From: Candidatus Latescibacterota bacterium
GTDB taxonomy: Bacteria > Latescibacterota > UBA2968
NCBI GenBank assembly: GCA_965198115.1
Contig: OZ240241.1
Location: 4,608,001 to 4,672,000 of the forward strand
Direction of reading: 5' to 3'
DNA length: 64,000 nucleotides
Shown: piece by piece, positions 1 to 10,100 of the stretch
How the letters are laid out: each line of letters opens with the position of its first letter
How positions within the stretch are numbered: position 1 is the first letter of the stretch
Translations under genes and position numbers: made by a program
Notes under the pieces: generated by a model
The model's database searches: none
Told to the model about the DNA's origin: nothing
What the model saw: the letters and a program-made list of their open reading frames with translations, nothing else

Positions 1-14
1 ATTGACCTGAGCTC
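1..14 (+). mobile_element. Right end of an IS256-family element (same IS as 2005-3378), remainder outside the window
   Basis: ATTGACCTGAGCTC is identical to the last 14 bp of the IS copies ending at 3378 and 20200. Confidence 0.85.
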
Positions 15-15
15 C

Positions 16-264
16 AGTCTTGCCGGGATGAGCGTGAAGGATATTCAGCTCGTACTCAGATCAGTCGAGCAGGAGGATCTCGCACTTGCGCTGCGCGCAG
101 CCGGGGAGGATACGAAAGAGGCCGTGTTTTCCGCGATGTCCGAGCGAGCGGTTTCCGCACTCAAGGAGGACATGGAATTCCAGGGGCCCACCCGAATGAG
201 CGAGGCGGAGGAAGCCCAGATCCGGATCAGCCAGGTCATTCGCGAGCTGGAGGCGAACGGCTAG
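16..264 (+). pseudogene. FliG C-terminal domain-containing protein, 5' part cut off by IS256
   Basis: DIQLVLRSVE..DLALALR..MSERA..LKEDME..GP.R..E.EEAQ..I...IR.LE..G matches FliG_C; the frame is open up to the IS end. Confidence 0.8.
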
Positions 265-364
265 GTGACGGTCGCGAGAGGCCCTGCTGGTGATTACATC
301 TGAAAGCGAAAAGGCCTTGCACCTGTCTGGATGCAAGGCCTTCGGTTCCGTCGGCGACCACCTG

Positions 365-805
365 TCATGCGACCCTGTTTTCCACGGACCGTCTCAAGGG
401 TTCTGTGATCGCGTATTTAATGAAGAGACCATAGTACAGAGTGATGGCAGCCGTCGCCAAGCCCGGGAGGAGGGAATCGTAATCATCGAGATTATTCCCG
501 ATGTTGATCAGGCCGATGATCGTGCCGATCACACCGGCGCTGACAAACGAACTGCCGAGACCACGTAGCGCGCGCGCCGCTTCATCCGCTGTCGCCGAAT
601 CCAGATTGTGTCCCCCGAAACCTTTCCCGATAGAACCCCAAATTGTACCGATCGAATAGCTGATCATGGCCAGGAGCAGACCTCCGGCCACCGTAATCAG
701 GAAAGAAGGTGTGTCGATGAACGCGTGCAGCTGTCCGCCACTCAGCATGCCCATCAACATCAGAACACAGAACAAGAGAAGCGCAACAATCGATCGAACA
801 CACAC
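365..805 (-). CDS. Short MotA/TolQ/ExbB-like membrane protein (146 aa)
   Basis: FIDTPSFLITVAGG (MotA TM2), GVIGTIIGLI (TM3), GLATAAITLYYG (TM4); AGGAGG RBS upstream of GTG. Confidence 0.75.
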   Translation of the reverse strand: MCVRSIVALLLFCVLMLMGMLSGGQLHAFIDTPSFLITVAGGLLLAMISYSIGTIWGSIGKGFGGHNLDSATADEAARALRGLGSSFVSAGVIGTIIGLINIGNNLDDYDSLLPGLATAAITLYYGLFIKYAITEPLRRSVENRVA

Positions 806-974
806 GAGATACCTCCTGTCGTTCGGTGCAGCAGGCCTGAGCTCCTGGTTGAAGCCGCTAGCCGACCACGACTGTCACATCGCCTCAGGATAGCACCAAC
901 CGCCTCGCCCGGCAACCTCGAGCGGTTCAATTCCGTTTGCCACGTAACCTCCATGACGCAACATCTTACCGACC

Positions 975-1772
975 ATGAGAACACTCTCCAAAACCGAGAT
1001 CCGATTCTTCAAGACTAACGGCTATCTCGTCCTCCGCGACGTCCTGGACAAGGCGTTGTGCACAGAAGCGTGTGACCGGCTGTGGGATGATCCTCCGCCA
1101 ACGCTCAAAAAGGACGATCCCGATACGTGGGTAGGGCCGATCAAGGAAGAGGAAGAGTCGCCCGACGGTTCGAACCTCAAGCGCAATTTTCGCTGGCAGT
1201 ATCGCAAGATCGGGGACGAACCGTTCATGGTCGAGCTGCTCCCGGGTGCGATGAACGAAATCGCGCACCAGCTCCTCGGCCGCGATCGATTCCGCCTCAT
1301 CGAACGCGTGCGAGGCATCTACTGCATCCTTCCCTACGGTCCCGAGGTCGAACGAAAACCTCTTGGCACCCACGTCGACGGGCACCCCTTCAGTTTCGGT
1401 TGCGTGGCTTACATCGACGACGTCCCTCCCGACGGCGGCGGCTTCACCGTCTGGCCCCGCAGCCACCGCACCTTCTGGCGCGACTTTCACTCCCGCTACC
1501 GCGCCGAGTACGGTCCCCGCTACAAGGAACACGCCGAAATCATCGGTGCCGACCACATCTACGACCAAACCTACGGCAAGGCCGGCGACGTCGTCCTCTG
1601 GCACCATCGCATCGGCCACGCGGCATCCCACAACCACAGCCGCCAGATCCGAAAAGCGGTCTTGTGCGATTACACACTCAAAGACGTCGACGTACTTGAG
1701 GAGGAGCCGCCGGGGGAGGATATGTGGGTCGATTGGAGCGAGGAAGTTAGGGAGGTCGGAGATTGGGAGTAG
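975..1772 (+). CDS. Phytanoyl-CoA dioxygenase (PhyH) family Fe/2OG oxygenase
   Basis: FKTNGYLVL, HVD, GGFTVWPRSH, GDVVLWH..IGH..N..R motifs. Confidence 0.9.
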   Translation: MRTLSKTEIRFFKTNGYLVLRDVLDKALCTEACDRLWDDPPPTLKKDDPDTWVGPIKEEEESPDGSNLKRNFRWQYRKIGDEPFMVELLPGAMNEIAHQLLGRDRFRLIERVRGIYCILPYGPEVERKPLGTHVDGHPFSFGCVAYIDDVPPDGGGFTVWPRSHRTFWRDFHSRYRAEYGPRYKEHAEIIGADHIYDQTYGKAGDVVLWHHRIGHAASHNHSRQIRKAVLCDYTLKDVDVLEEEPPGEDMWVDWSEEVREVGDWE

Positions 1773-1791
1773 CGTAGCCCGATTTGGATTC

Positions 1792-1932
1792 AAAATTGCT
1801 AATTCGCAATTACTAATTTTTAATCTTGTCCTTACCCAATCGTGAGGACTGCAAATCTCAGTAGTTGCTCACCCCAACCAAAGTTGCTAATTCGCAATTA
1901 CCATTTTGAATCTTGTCAATCGTGAGGATGCC
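1792..1932. repeat. Imperfect direct repeat pair with 7-bp periodic AATTnnn units
   Basis: TTGCTAATTCGCAATTAC..AATCTTGTC..CAATCGTGAGGA at about 1796-1847 and 1884-1928. Confidence 0.8.
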
Positions 1933-2004
1933 GTTGAAACAGATTTTCCAAGAATCCGACATAGCTGATCACATTCATCAAGTAGAGATACATCGAGAGA
2001 CACC

Positions 2005-3378
2005 GAGCTATAATCAAAAGGTGTGGAAAAAGAGAAAGGGCGACCCTACCCTTCCCGTGAGATAGTTGATTCACACAAAACCGGGTGAGAGGCCCGGTTG
2101 GGAAGGAGGATCGCCGTGAAGGAACATACGCATAGAGCCCCATTGAAGTCCATGCCGACGTGGGAGACGGTTGACGATTGGATCCGTGAAGAGATCCAGG
2201 GCCGGTTCCAGTCCATTCTGGAGGAGGAGGCGACCGCGTTCTTGGGCCGGTCGTGGTATGAGCGCCGAGCCGAGGTCGATAGCTCCAGGGGCTACAGGAA
2301 CGGCTACGGCAAGCCCCGGCGTCTCTCGACGAGCTGCGGAACGATCAAGGTCCGGCGTCCCCGGGTTCGTGGTCTGGAAGAGCGGTTTGAAAGCCGCATC
2401 CTCCCCCTGTTCGCCCGGAGAACCAGGGCCATTGGAGATCTGCTTCCCGACCTTTATCTCCACGGTCTCTCCCAGGGCGACTTCGAGTTGTCTTTGCGTG
2501 CGCTGCTCGGTGATGGCGCGCCGCTTTCGCCGACCTCGATCGCTCGTCTTCGAGGGAAGTGGGAGGTCGACTTCCAGGACTGGAAAGAAAGGCGTCTGGA
2601 TAATCGCGAACTGGTCTACGCCTGGGCTGATGGCATCTACGTCAAAGCCGGGCTCGAGCGCGAGAAGGCGTGTCTGCTGGTCGTGATCGGCGCGATGAGC
2701 GACGGCAGCAAGGAGATCCTGGCGATAGAACCCGGTTATCGAGAGTCTACAGAATCCTGGCTCACGGTGCTCCGGGATCTCCGGGATCGCGGGCTCGAAC
2801 ATCCTGTCCTGATCGCCGCGGACGGGAATATGGGCATCTGGGCGGCCGTTGATCAGGTCTGGCCAGAGAGCCGGCAACAACGGTGCTGGAACCACAAGAT
2901 CCTCAACGTGCTCGACAAGGTCGCCAAGCGTGCACAGGCTGAAGCCCGCGCACTGCTCGTCCAGATCCCCTATGCCGGCACGAAAAAGGAGGCCGAGAAG
3001 CTCCGGAAACGCTTTGCCGCACGGTATCGCTCACAGTTCCCTGCCGCCGTGGAGACGCTCGAAAGAGACTGGGATCGGATGGTCACGTTCTACGACTTCC
3101 CGAAGGAACACTGGAAACACCTGAGAACCACGAACGTCGTCGAGAGCCCCTTTGCTTCCGTTCGGCTTCGCACAAACGCCGCCAGGCGATTCAAGAAAGT
3201 CAGGAACGCCACGGCTCTCATCTGGCGTACGCTCAAGGTCGCAGAGAGCCGATTCAGGAAACTCACCGCGCCACACTTGCTACAACAAGTCTACGATCAG
3301 AAACACTCAACCGGACCGCAGGTCGAAGCCGGGAAGATGGCCGCCTGATTTCTTTTACACACCTATTGACCTGAGCTC
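2005..3378 (+). mobile_element. IS256-family insertion sequence, complete (1374 bp)
   Basis: Imperfect TIRs GAGCTATAATCAAAAGGTGTGG / GAGCTCAGGTCAATAGGTGTGT; 8-bp TSD GAGACACC at 1997-2004 and 3379-3386. Confidence 0.95.
2098..3348 (+). CDS. IS256-family (Mutator-type) DDE transposase; true start probably GTG at 2116
   Basis: YRNGY, WADGIY, ADG, QRCWNH, RTTNVVES motifs; GGAGGA RBS precedes 2116. Confidence 0.95.
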   Translation: MGRRIAVKEHTHRAPLKSMPTWETVDDWIREEIQGRFQSILEEEATAFLGRSWYERRAEVDSSRGYRNGYGKPRRLSTSCGTIKVRRPRVRGLEERFESRILPLFARRTRAIGDLLPDLYLHGLSQGDFELSLRALLGDGAPLSPTSIARLRGKWEVDFQDWKERRLDNRELVYAWADGIYVKAGLEREKACLLVVIGAMSDGSKEILAIEPGYRESTESWLTVLRDLRDRGLEHPVLIAADGNMGIWAAVDQVWPESRQQRCWNHKILNVLDKVAKRAQAEARALLVQIPYAGTKKEAEKLRKRFAARYRSQFPAAVETLERDWDRMVTFYDFPKEHWKHLRTTNVVESPFASVRLRTNAARRFKKVRNATALIWRTLKVAESRFRKLTAPHLLQQVYDQKHSTGPQVEAGKMAA

Positions 3379-3744
3379 GAGACACCAGCTTCGCTTCGTC
3401 GATCAGCGACAGCCAGGCTCCTGACTCTCGGAGTTCTTTAAGGCAGATGCTCAGTTTATGAATGAAGTCTTTCCGGCTTTCGGCGGCTCTCGCCTCCTCG
3501 TAATTCGCCAGTGGTGACGTTCCACATCGGACGAGTTGGCCTGCGATCTGCCGCCCGAAACGAGAGTCGGTAAGATCATCGATCAGGGTACCTATTCTGG
3601 CCGCAGACTTCAGTAACCGCTCTGATAGTTCCTCTGGTGTCATACAGTCTCCTATTTATTGAGGTTCCACTGTTGCGGCTACCACGGGCAAAACCCTTGC
3701 CAGCAATTTCCTAATACGGTGATTCCCTAATTTCATAATCCTCA

Positions 3745-4947
3745 ATGTCCCTCGCTTCTCCCGAACCTTCCCCAGCCCAACTCCCAGCTACATCACCCCC
3801 AGTCACCACCAGAGCCCTGATCCTGGGCACCCTCTGTGTCATCTTCATGGCGTGGGGCGGGCACTGGACGCGCCACATCGGCCATACCACGAAGATGGCG
3901 CAGGACCACCTGCCGTGGGGCGTGGTCGTTCCCTTCTTCATCATTGCGGCGATCCTCAACAAAGTCATTCACAAGGTGCGACCGCAGTCGGTGCTCACGT
4001 CGACGGAGTTGCTCGTCATCTTCGGCATGGCCAACATCGGCTCGGCGTTGCCCAGCTATTTCATGGCGCACCTCATCTCCAACATTGCCGCGCCGTATTA
4101 CTATCCCACGCCCGAAAACGGCTGGGCTATCGATCTCCTCCCGAACATGGTCAAGTGGGCAGTCGTCACGGACCGACAGGCCGTGCGCTGGTTTTTCGAA
4201 GGCCTGCCGCTTGGTGCTTCGATTCCGTGGGGCGCGTGGGCGGTGCCTCTATTCTGGCGAATGTCCCTCGTGGCGAGCGTCGCCTGCTTCTGTTACTGCA
4301 CCGTCGCCATCCTCAGAAAACAGTGGGTCGAACACGAGCGGCTCGCCTTTCCGCTCATGGCCTTGCCCCTTCACACAACTCGACCGAAGGAGTCGGAGGA
4401 AGAAGGCTTTTGGACGATCGGATTCCTGAACCGCCCGCTCTTCTGGGTCGGCGCAGCGATCGGATCGTTCGCGATCCTGTGGAACATCATCGGCGGCTAC
4501 TTCGTTCCGCTGTTCCCGGAGATCCCGCGTGATGCGGGCGTCATCCAATTCGGCACGCACTTTCCTCCCGTTCAGACGCGGATCTATCCGCTCCTCATCG
4601 GCTCGGTCTACTTCATCGACCTCGACGTGTCGCTGACCATCTGGGTCTTCCGGCTCCTGATCACACTCGAGATGGGGTTCCTCAACCGACTCGGTGTCGA
4701 CCTCGGACCGACACACGGGGCTGGGAACACCTTGTTTGAAAACTGGAACGACCTGGGTGCCCTGTTCCTAATCATTCCCTGGAGCCTGTGGATGGCTCGT
4801 GAACATTTGGGGGCCGTCTTCAGAAAAGCGATCCACGGCGACACGCGCGTCGACGACAGCCGGGAACTGCTGCCTTACAGAGGTGCCTTCTTCGGCTGGG
4901 TCGGCAGCGCCCTGTTCATCATTGCGTGGTGTGACGCCTTGCGATAA
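3745..4947 (+). pseudogene. DUF6785-like polytopic membrane protein, 3'-truncated by an inserted element
   Basis: Multiple TM segments, W..W..PL..W and LRKQWVEHERLAFPL motifs; the stop codon is supplied by the element starting at 4930. Confidence 0.7.
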
Positions 4948-5746
4948 TTCTCCGCCCAGCTTAAGCTATTCGCAGAATAGGCAGAATCGTTTCAATACGG
5001 TTAACAGTGGAGACCGTTCCCTAATTGAGTTGAGGGTCGCCTAAGATCTGGCGGCCATGCGACATAGTGCCATAGGAGTACTTACAAGGCGCAACTGCCA
5101 AAAGCGGTTGTCGGACCTACGCCTGATGTCCCTTTCGCGAACGCGTTTGGCACATTCCGGGGGATCGGGACGCGAAACGCTCTCGACCTCCGACGGGTCC
5201 ACGATTGGCAACACCGCCAGGGAGACGGCCGATTTTCTACCCCGCTTCGCCATTTTCAGGCCATTCCGTCGAACCCAAGTTGTCGACTAGCCCAAGTTCT
5301 TGATTTTGAACGCGTTTAAGCGAAAAAGGCACCGAAAAACCCCCTCCTCGTCGACAACGGCCGCCGGAACGCGACCGGACTTGAAATTAGGACGGATTAG
5401 CAAAAGAAACGGTCCACTACAGGTGTCCAAAAGAGAGCTGACCGTTTCCACCCCCCCTACCCCCCTGGTGCGGGCCTCGGGCCAGCGACGCGCCCAGGGC
5501 CAACACCGCGCAACCCCCCTATGCCCACTGGGACCTGGCCTGGCCACGTCTTGAGCCCAATCGGTCGAAACGCGCTATTTTCGCGGTTCGAGAGCCTATT
5601 TCTCGCGCGTGTGGGAAAATGAAAAGGGCGCGGTCTACATCGGAACGCCCAGAGAGTTCATCCTCCCTTATCTCCGGTCGTCAGTTCTTGGTGCGTGAGA
5701 ATGCGAATAGCGTAATCTGGGCGGGAATCTATCGTAAGCCGTAACA
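4930..5746. mobile_element. Non-autonomous TGT...ACA element (817 bp) with 45-bp TIRs
   Basis: 4930-4974 versus reverse complement of 5702-5746: 36/45 identical without gaps; GTGG on both flanks; no transposase. Confidence 0.8.
5041..5253 (-). pseudogene. N-terminal fragment of a phage terminase small subunit-like protein
   Basis: MAKRGRKSAVSLAV...RPDPPE resembles P27-type TerS N-termini; the resemblance ends at about 5155. Confidence 0.55.
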
Positions 5747-5797
5747 GTGGTCAAGTCCAATCCTGAGATGCTCTCTTGGATGTCGAGTGCTCCAGGC

Positions 5798-6910
5798 GGT
5801 CAAGTCCCACACTCAGTTGAAAATTCATCGGGCTCCATAGATTGCTCATGCTCTCTGCCGAGCATGCTGATTGTTGTCGAGATTCAGATCGTTTTTCAAT
5901 GCTTGTCTGAGTAGCGGGAGGTGTTTGTATCCGCTCACGCGTCTCAGGCGGGGGTTCGATGTCGAGGAGTGCGGCCGCGACCCATCTGTGTCTTTGGGGG
6001 GAGTTGTTCCAGCGTTTGACTTTCCGCGTCAGGTCGCCGGTCATGCTGTTGAGCGCCTCGATGCAGTTGGTGGTTCGGAAGCTTCGCTTCAAGAACGGGA
6101 GCATACCCAATCGATGGAGGGTCAGCGTTTCAGCTTCAGTTCGAACTTGAGCGCTTCGAGCGCGGCTTTTGCCTCCTCATATGTGTGGCAGTCGTAGGCT
6201 TTTTGAAGCTTCCGTCGGACTCTGGGACGTTCTCTCTCCGGGAGATAGTTGACGACGACGTTCTCGCGCTTGTGCCACTGACAGCGATGCACGCGAACAT
6301 ATCCCTTCAGGGCTTTCGTGACGGCACTGCGGAGTCCCTTTGAGCCATCCAGCACAACGAGGAGGCCCTGGTCGTAGCACAGGCCTCTCCGGATGAGACC
6401 CTGGATCAGCTGCCGGCAGATCCGTTCGTTCTCTGTTGCTGATTCGACGAAGCCCAGAGGGATCTTCTGGCCGTCCATCGTGACGCCCAGAGCAATCACA
6501 ATCTCTTCGTCGGCAAAGCTCTTTCCGTCGATGAACAGGGCGACCAGATCGTAGTCGTCGATCGGTCGTTCCTGGAACAGCTTCAGCTTCTTGTGCGGTG
6601 GCTTTGATGAACCGTCGCGAGACGGAGGATGCCGAGATTCCGAACGCTTCGGGTACCGATTCTGCACAAGCTCTGTAGTTGCGGCAGGAGATTCCCTTGA
6701 GAACACGAAGCAACAGCTTCTCATCCATCGCTCTGGGCCTCTGCATTCCCCGGTATGCGGCCAGGGCAACCTCCGTATCGGACTCGACGTCCCGCACACG
6801 AGGGATATCTACCGGCAGCTTCTGGTCCAGCAGATACACGGACCCTTTCTGCCTTCCCCACCGTCGATACGCCTGGTCTGACCCCTTGCGAGCATACCGA
6901 ACGCCTGCGA
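5798..6910 (-). mobile_element. Degraded IS256-family element (distinct subgroup) with frameshifted transposase
   Basis: ALFIDGK, VVLDGSKGL, RCQWHKREN, RTTNCIE spread over three frames; end GGTCAAGTCCCACACTCAGTTGAAA. Confidence 0.85.
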
Positions 6911-7419
6911 ACCTAGAACGCCGGCGAACCTACCAGGGGCCGAGCGTCGTCGGGCGTGGCAATCGACGCGGATTGCAATCTTGTCTGAGGCTGGCCGGGA
7001 CCAGATGTGCCGGATCGGGGAATCCTACTCGCTGGGGCGCTGGACGCTCACGGCCGGGCAGTCTGGCCGACGCGGTCTTGAACGATCTGGCCTCGGGCGT
7101 GCTGCCCGGCGGATCGACGGTTCCACCAATTTAATTATATAATTTGTTGATAAATAAGCTTCTCGATCCCGACCCAGGGCCAGCACATTTTCTGTTTACA
7201 CAGGAAAGGCGTTCCCCTCATTTTTATCGCCATTCTTGAACGGAATGAACGGGACCAGGCAGTCCGCTTATTCATAGTCCTACTAGATTCCAAGATGTTT
7301 AATAATGTGTTTAACTGTCTGTTTGTAAATTACTTGTGGTATATTGGCATCCCTGTGAAGTCTTGTATATTCCAGGACTGAAAGGGTGATCAGTGGTGTG
7401 ATCATAAGAGGGTGACCAA

Positions 7420-8265
7420 GTGGCTCGACACGGCAAGAAACTCACCGCCGCCTTCGTCCGCACCGTCCAGCAGCCGGGTATCTTTTGCGACGAGCATGGA
7501 CTGATTCTACGCGTCAAGCCCTCCGGATACAAGCAGTGGATCCAACGGCTCTTCATCCACGGCAAGCGCCGCGAACTGGGCCTGGGTCCGGTTCGGTTGG
7601 TGACGTTGTCTCAAGCCCGGGAGGCCGCCCTGGCCAACCGCAGACTGGCCCGAGCAGGCGGCGATCCCATGGCGTCCAGGCACCAGTCCGTACCGACGTT
7701 CGAGCAGGCCGCCGCCAAGGTGATCGCAATGCACCGACCGAACTGGAAGAGTGCCAAGCACGCCGCCCAGTGGACAGGGACCCTACGGGACTATGTATAC
7801 CCCAAGATTGGCCAGAAGCGGGTGGATTGGATCAGCTCGGCCGATGTCATGGCCGTCCTGCTGCCGATCTGGAACGAAAAGCACCAGACGGCCCGGCGGG
7901 TGCGGCAACGGATCGGGACGGTAATGAAGTGGGCGATCGCCCAAGGCTACCGGCTGGACAATCCGGCCGGCGTTGCCCAAACCTGGCGGCATCCAACGGC
8001 ACCACCGGGCGTTGCCCTATGAAGAGGTGGCCGAAGCGATCCGAACGGTACGGCAATCCGAGACGGCGGTTGCGGTCAAGCTCGGCTTCGAGTTTCTGGT
8101 TCTGACGGCGAGCCGGTCCGGGGAGGTGCGCGGGGCCCGCTGGGAGGAGATCGATCGAGAAGTCGGAGAGTGGAGGATTCCGGCGGAACGGATGAAGCAC
8201 AAGCGGGAGCACCGGGTGCCATTGTCATCCCGGGCGCAGGAGATTCTGGCCGAGGCGAAACAAAT
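7420..8265 (+). pseudogene. P4-like tyrosine integrase, frameshifted and C-terminally truncated
   Basis: Arm-binding domain GLILRVKPSG.KQWIQR..GKRRELGLG, LVLTASRSGEVRGARW, MKHKREHRVPLS; no HxxR or catalytic Tyr. Confidence 0.9.
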
Positions 8266-8348
8266 ATGCGAGCCGCGCCGGTCAGAGTTTTGGCACTGGC
8301 AGGCACCATGCACAGCAGAGCCAGCAAAGCAAACAAAGCAATTCTCAT
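8263..8348 (-). pseudogene. 5' stub of a secreted protein, possibly thermonuclease family
   Basis: MRIALFALLALLCMVPASA signal peptide followed by KTLTGAARI, cut at the integrase junction. Confidence 0.4.
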
Positions 8349-8391
8349 AATGGGAATCTTCTCAGAGAAACGCACTGAGTCACGGCGAGAC

Positions 8392-8655
8392 CTACTTGTC
8401 CTTCAGTTGCTCCCAGGTCTTCGGTCGCCATTCTCGCGCCAACCGCTGGGCTTCGGCGACTTGTGAAGCAGTCATAATCTCTGCCAGTTTGTCTCTCAAT
8501 AAACGGGAGTCGTCCATCGCCTCACCTGTAGGTCGTGAGGCTGCCAAGTTAACCAACTTGCTGGCTTGGATGTAGTCCGGGGCACGCTCTCTCGCTGATG
8601 TACATGACACCGAGGTTGAATTGGGAATCAGCGTTCCCTTGCTTGGCATCGACCG
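8392..8655 (-). pseudogene. Sel1-repeat protein, C-terminal fragment
   Basis: QGNADSQFNLGVMY, then after a frameshift NLAAS...MTASQVAEAQRLAREWRPK. Confidence 0.8.
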
Positions 8656-9162
8656 CAAGCGGTTGCCCAAGCGGGTCTATCAGGGAGCCGTGGGGAAGCA
8701 ACTCCGTTACTTTGCCCTGAAACTGCCCATCGCTGCCAATGCCAATTCCGCCACGTTCGCCTACGTTGATCCGGGCAAAGATACCGATGCTGAACTGCGC
8801 TCCTGGGGCGACTCGCATGAGTGGCTTTGGAGGGCTTTGAGGTTGAAGGGTATCGAGGTTCAGGTCGTCGTAATCGGAGCGGATCACAAAGCAATGCGGG
8901 CCGAGGGGGTGAGCAGAGCAGTCAGCGAGCAAATGGACCGTGCCGGAACGACCCTGCCGTGAAGGCGGAAATACATTCCATCGAGGAAGCGGTTTTGTCC
9001 TTAGACACGGACATCATAGCGAAGTACGGCGGGTTGCAGGGAGTCTCAGAGCGGTTGAGTTGTTTGAAGAACCTTCCCAAGACAAGCGGCTCAGTGGGAG
9101 CCACAATTGACGGCTACGCGACGTGGGTTTCTGACCGCGTGAGGGCGGAGGAAACAGTCTAG
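8640..9162 (+). pseudogene. Hypothetical protein fragment, frameshifted
   Basis: Protein-like frames 8621-8962 and about 8950-9162 join across a shift; no family recognised. Confidence 0.4.
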
Positions 9163-9740
9163 GAGCCTGTCGGGTTACACCCGGAAGCTCGTTGAGATTA
9201 AGTCCAGCTGAGTTTTTTCCTTGAGCCGAGTTCCTCTTCGGGATCAGGTAGCCAATGAGAGTCGATAGAGTTTCAGAAGGTTGTGTGTGAGACAGATCAG
9301 GTTCCATTCTCTGATGACTTTGTGGATTCGGCGGAATGAGAATCGGGTGAAGTTCCGAACGGATTTGATCTGTCCAAACACGGGTTCGATGATCTGTTTT
9401 CTTTTCCAGTAGGTGCAGCGACCTTTCTGTGTGAGAAGCTTTCTCGCCATTCTGTCTTTCGTCGTTGCGCCCTTGGGATCCGTCCCCTGGGGCAGGTCGC
9501 GATGGGCGTTCCATGTTTCTGTTTTGTCGTCGCCACATAGAGAGGTCGGCGCCATCTGATTGAACCTGATCGACCTGACTTTGGTTGAAGTATCCGGAGT
9601 CGGCAGTGAGGTGCTTGGGTGTCGTGCCGCCCATATTCGCTCTGATCTGGTTGACCATAGGTGTCATCTGGTTCTTGTCATTAGCTTTTTGGGTGACGTC
9701 GGCAGCAACGACAATCTGGGCCTTGTCATCCACAGCAGCT
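9160..9740 (-). mobile_element. IS1182-family transposase 3' remnant with right end
   Basis: QIVVAADVTQ..ND, LTADSGY, RKQIIEPVFGQIK..F.RF, EWNLICLTHNLLKL; end CTAGGAGCCTGTCGG. Confidence 0.85.
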
Positions 9741-9744
9741 TGGC

Positions 9745-10085
9745 AGTTCGAGGAGGGACTGGAGGAAACCCTGACCCTCCACCGGCTGGGTATGCTCCCA
9801 TTCCTGAAGCGAAAGCTTCCGTACCACCAATTGCATCGAGGCGCTCAACAGCATGACCGGCAACCTGATACGGAAGGCCAACCGCTGGACCAACTCTCCT
9901 CAGCGACACAGATGGGTCGCGGCCGCACTCCTCGACATCGAACCCCGCCTGAGACGCGTGAGCGGATACAAACACCTTCCGCTACTCAGGCAAGCACTGA
10001 AACACGACCTGAAGCTCGGCAACGATCAAAACGCTCAGCAGAGAGCATGAGCAAACCACGGAGCCCGACGAGTTTCAACTGACAA
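9745..10085 (+). mobile_element. IS256-family 3' remnant, paralog of 5798-6910
   Basis: EEGLEETLTLHRLG, RWVAAALLDIEPRLRRVSGYKHLP. Confidence 0.8.
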
Positions 10086-10100
10086 TGTGCCAAACATGCA

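Larger units (their letters stand above)
1887..3643 (-). pseudogene. Four-helix bundle protein (23S rRNA IVP/Avd-like) interrupted by IS256
   Basis: N-part QLVRCGTSPLANYEEARAAESRKDFIHKLSICLKELRES (3643-3379); C-part resumes LLDECDQLCRILGKSVSTA...TAG (2004-1887) once the IS and one TSD copy are removed. Confidence 0.9.

Noticed and set aside
1-3378. Composite transposon formed by two co-oriented IS256 copies around the FliG-C, MotA-like and PhyH genes
   Set aside because: The 2005-3378 copy has its own matching TSD, indicating an independent insertion
1792-3643. Diversity-generating retroelement (Avd-like gene plus a repeat pair)
   Set aside because: No reverse transcriptase in the window; the repeats are only about 50 bp and differ by indels and a non-adenine change
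7150-7190. tRNA gene upstream of the integrase
   Set aside because: No cloverleaf can be built; at most a degenerate 3' fragment
4930-8350. Intact prophage or phage satellite
   Set aside because: Only a terS-like stub and a broken integrase; no capsid, portal, primase or large terminase
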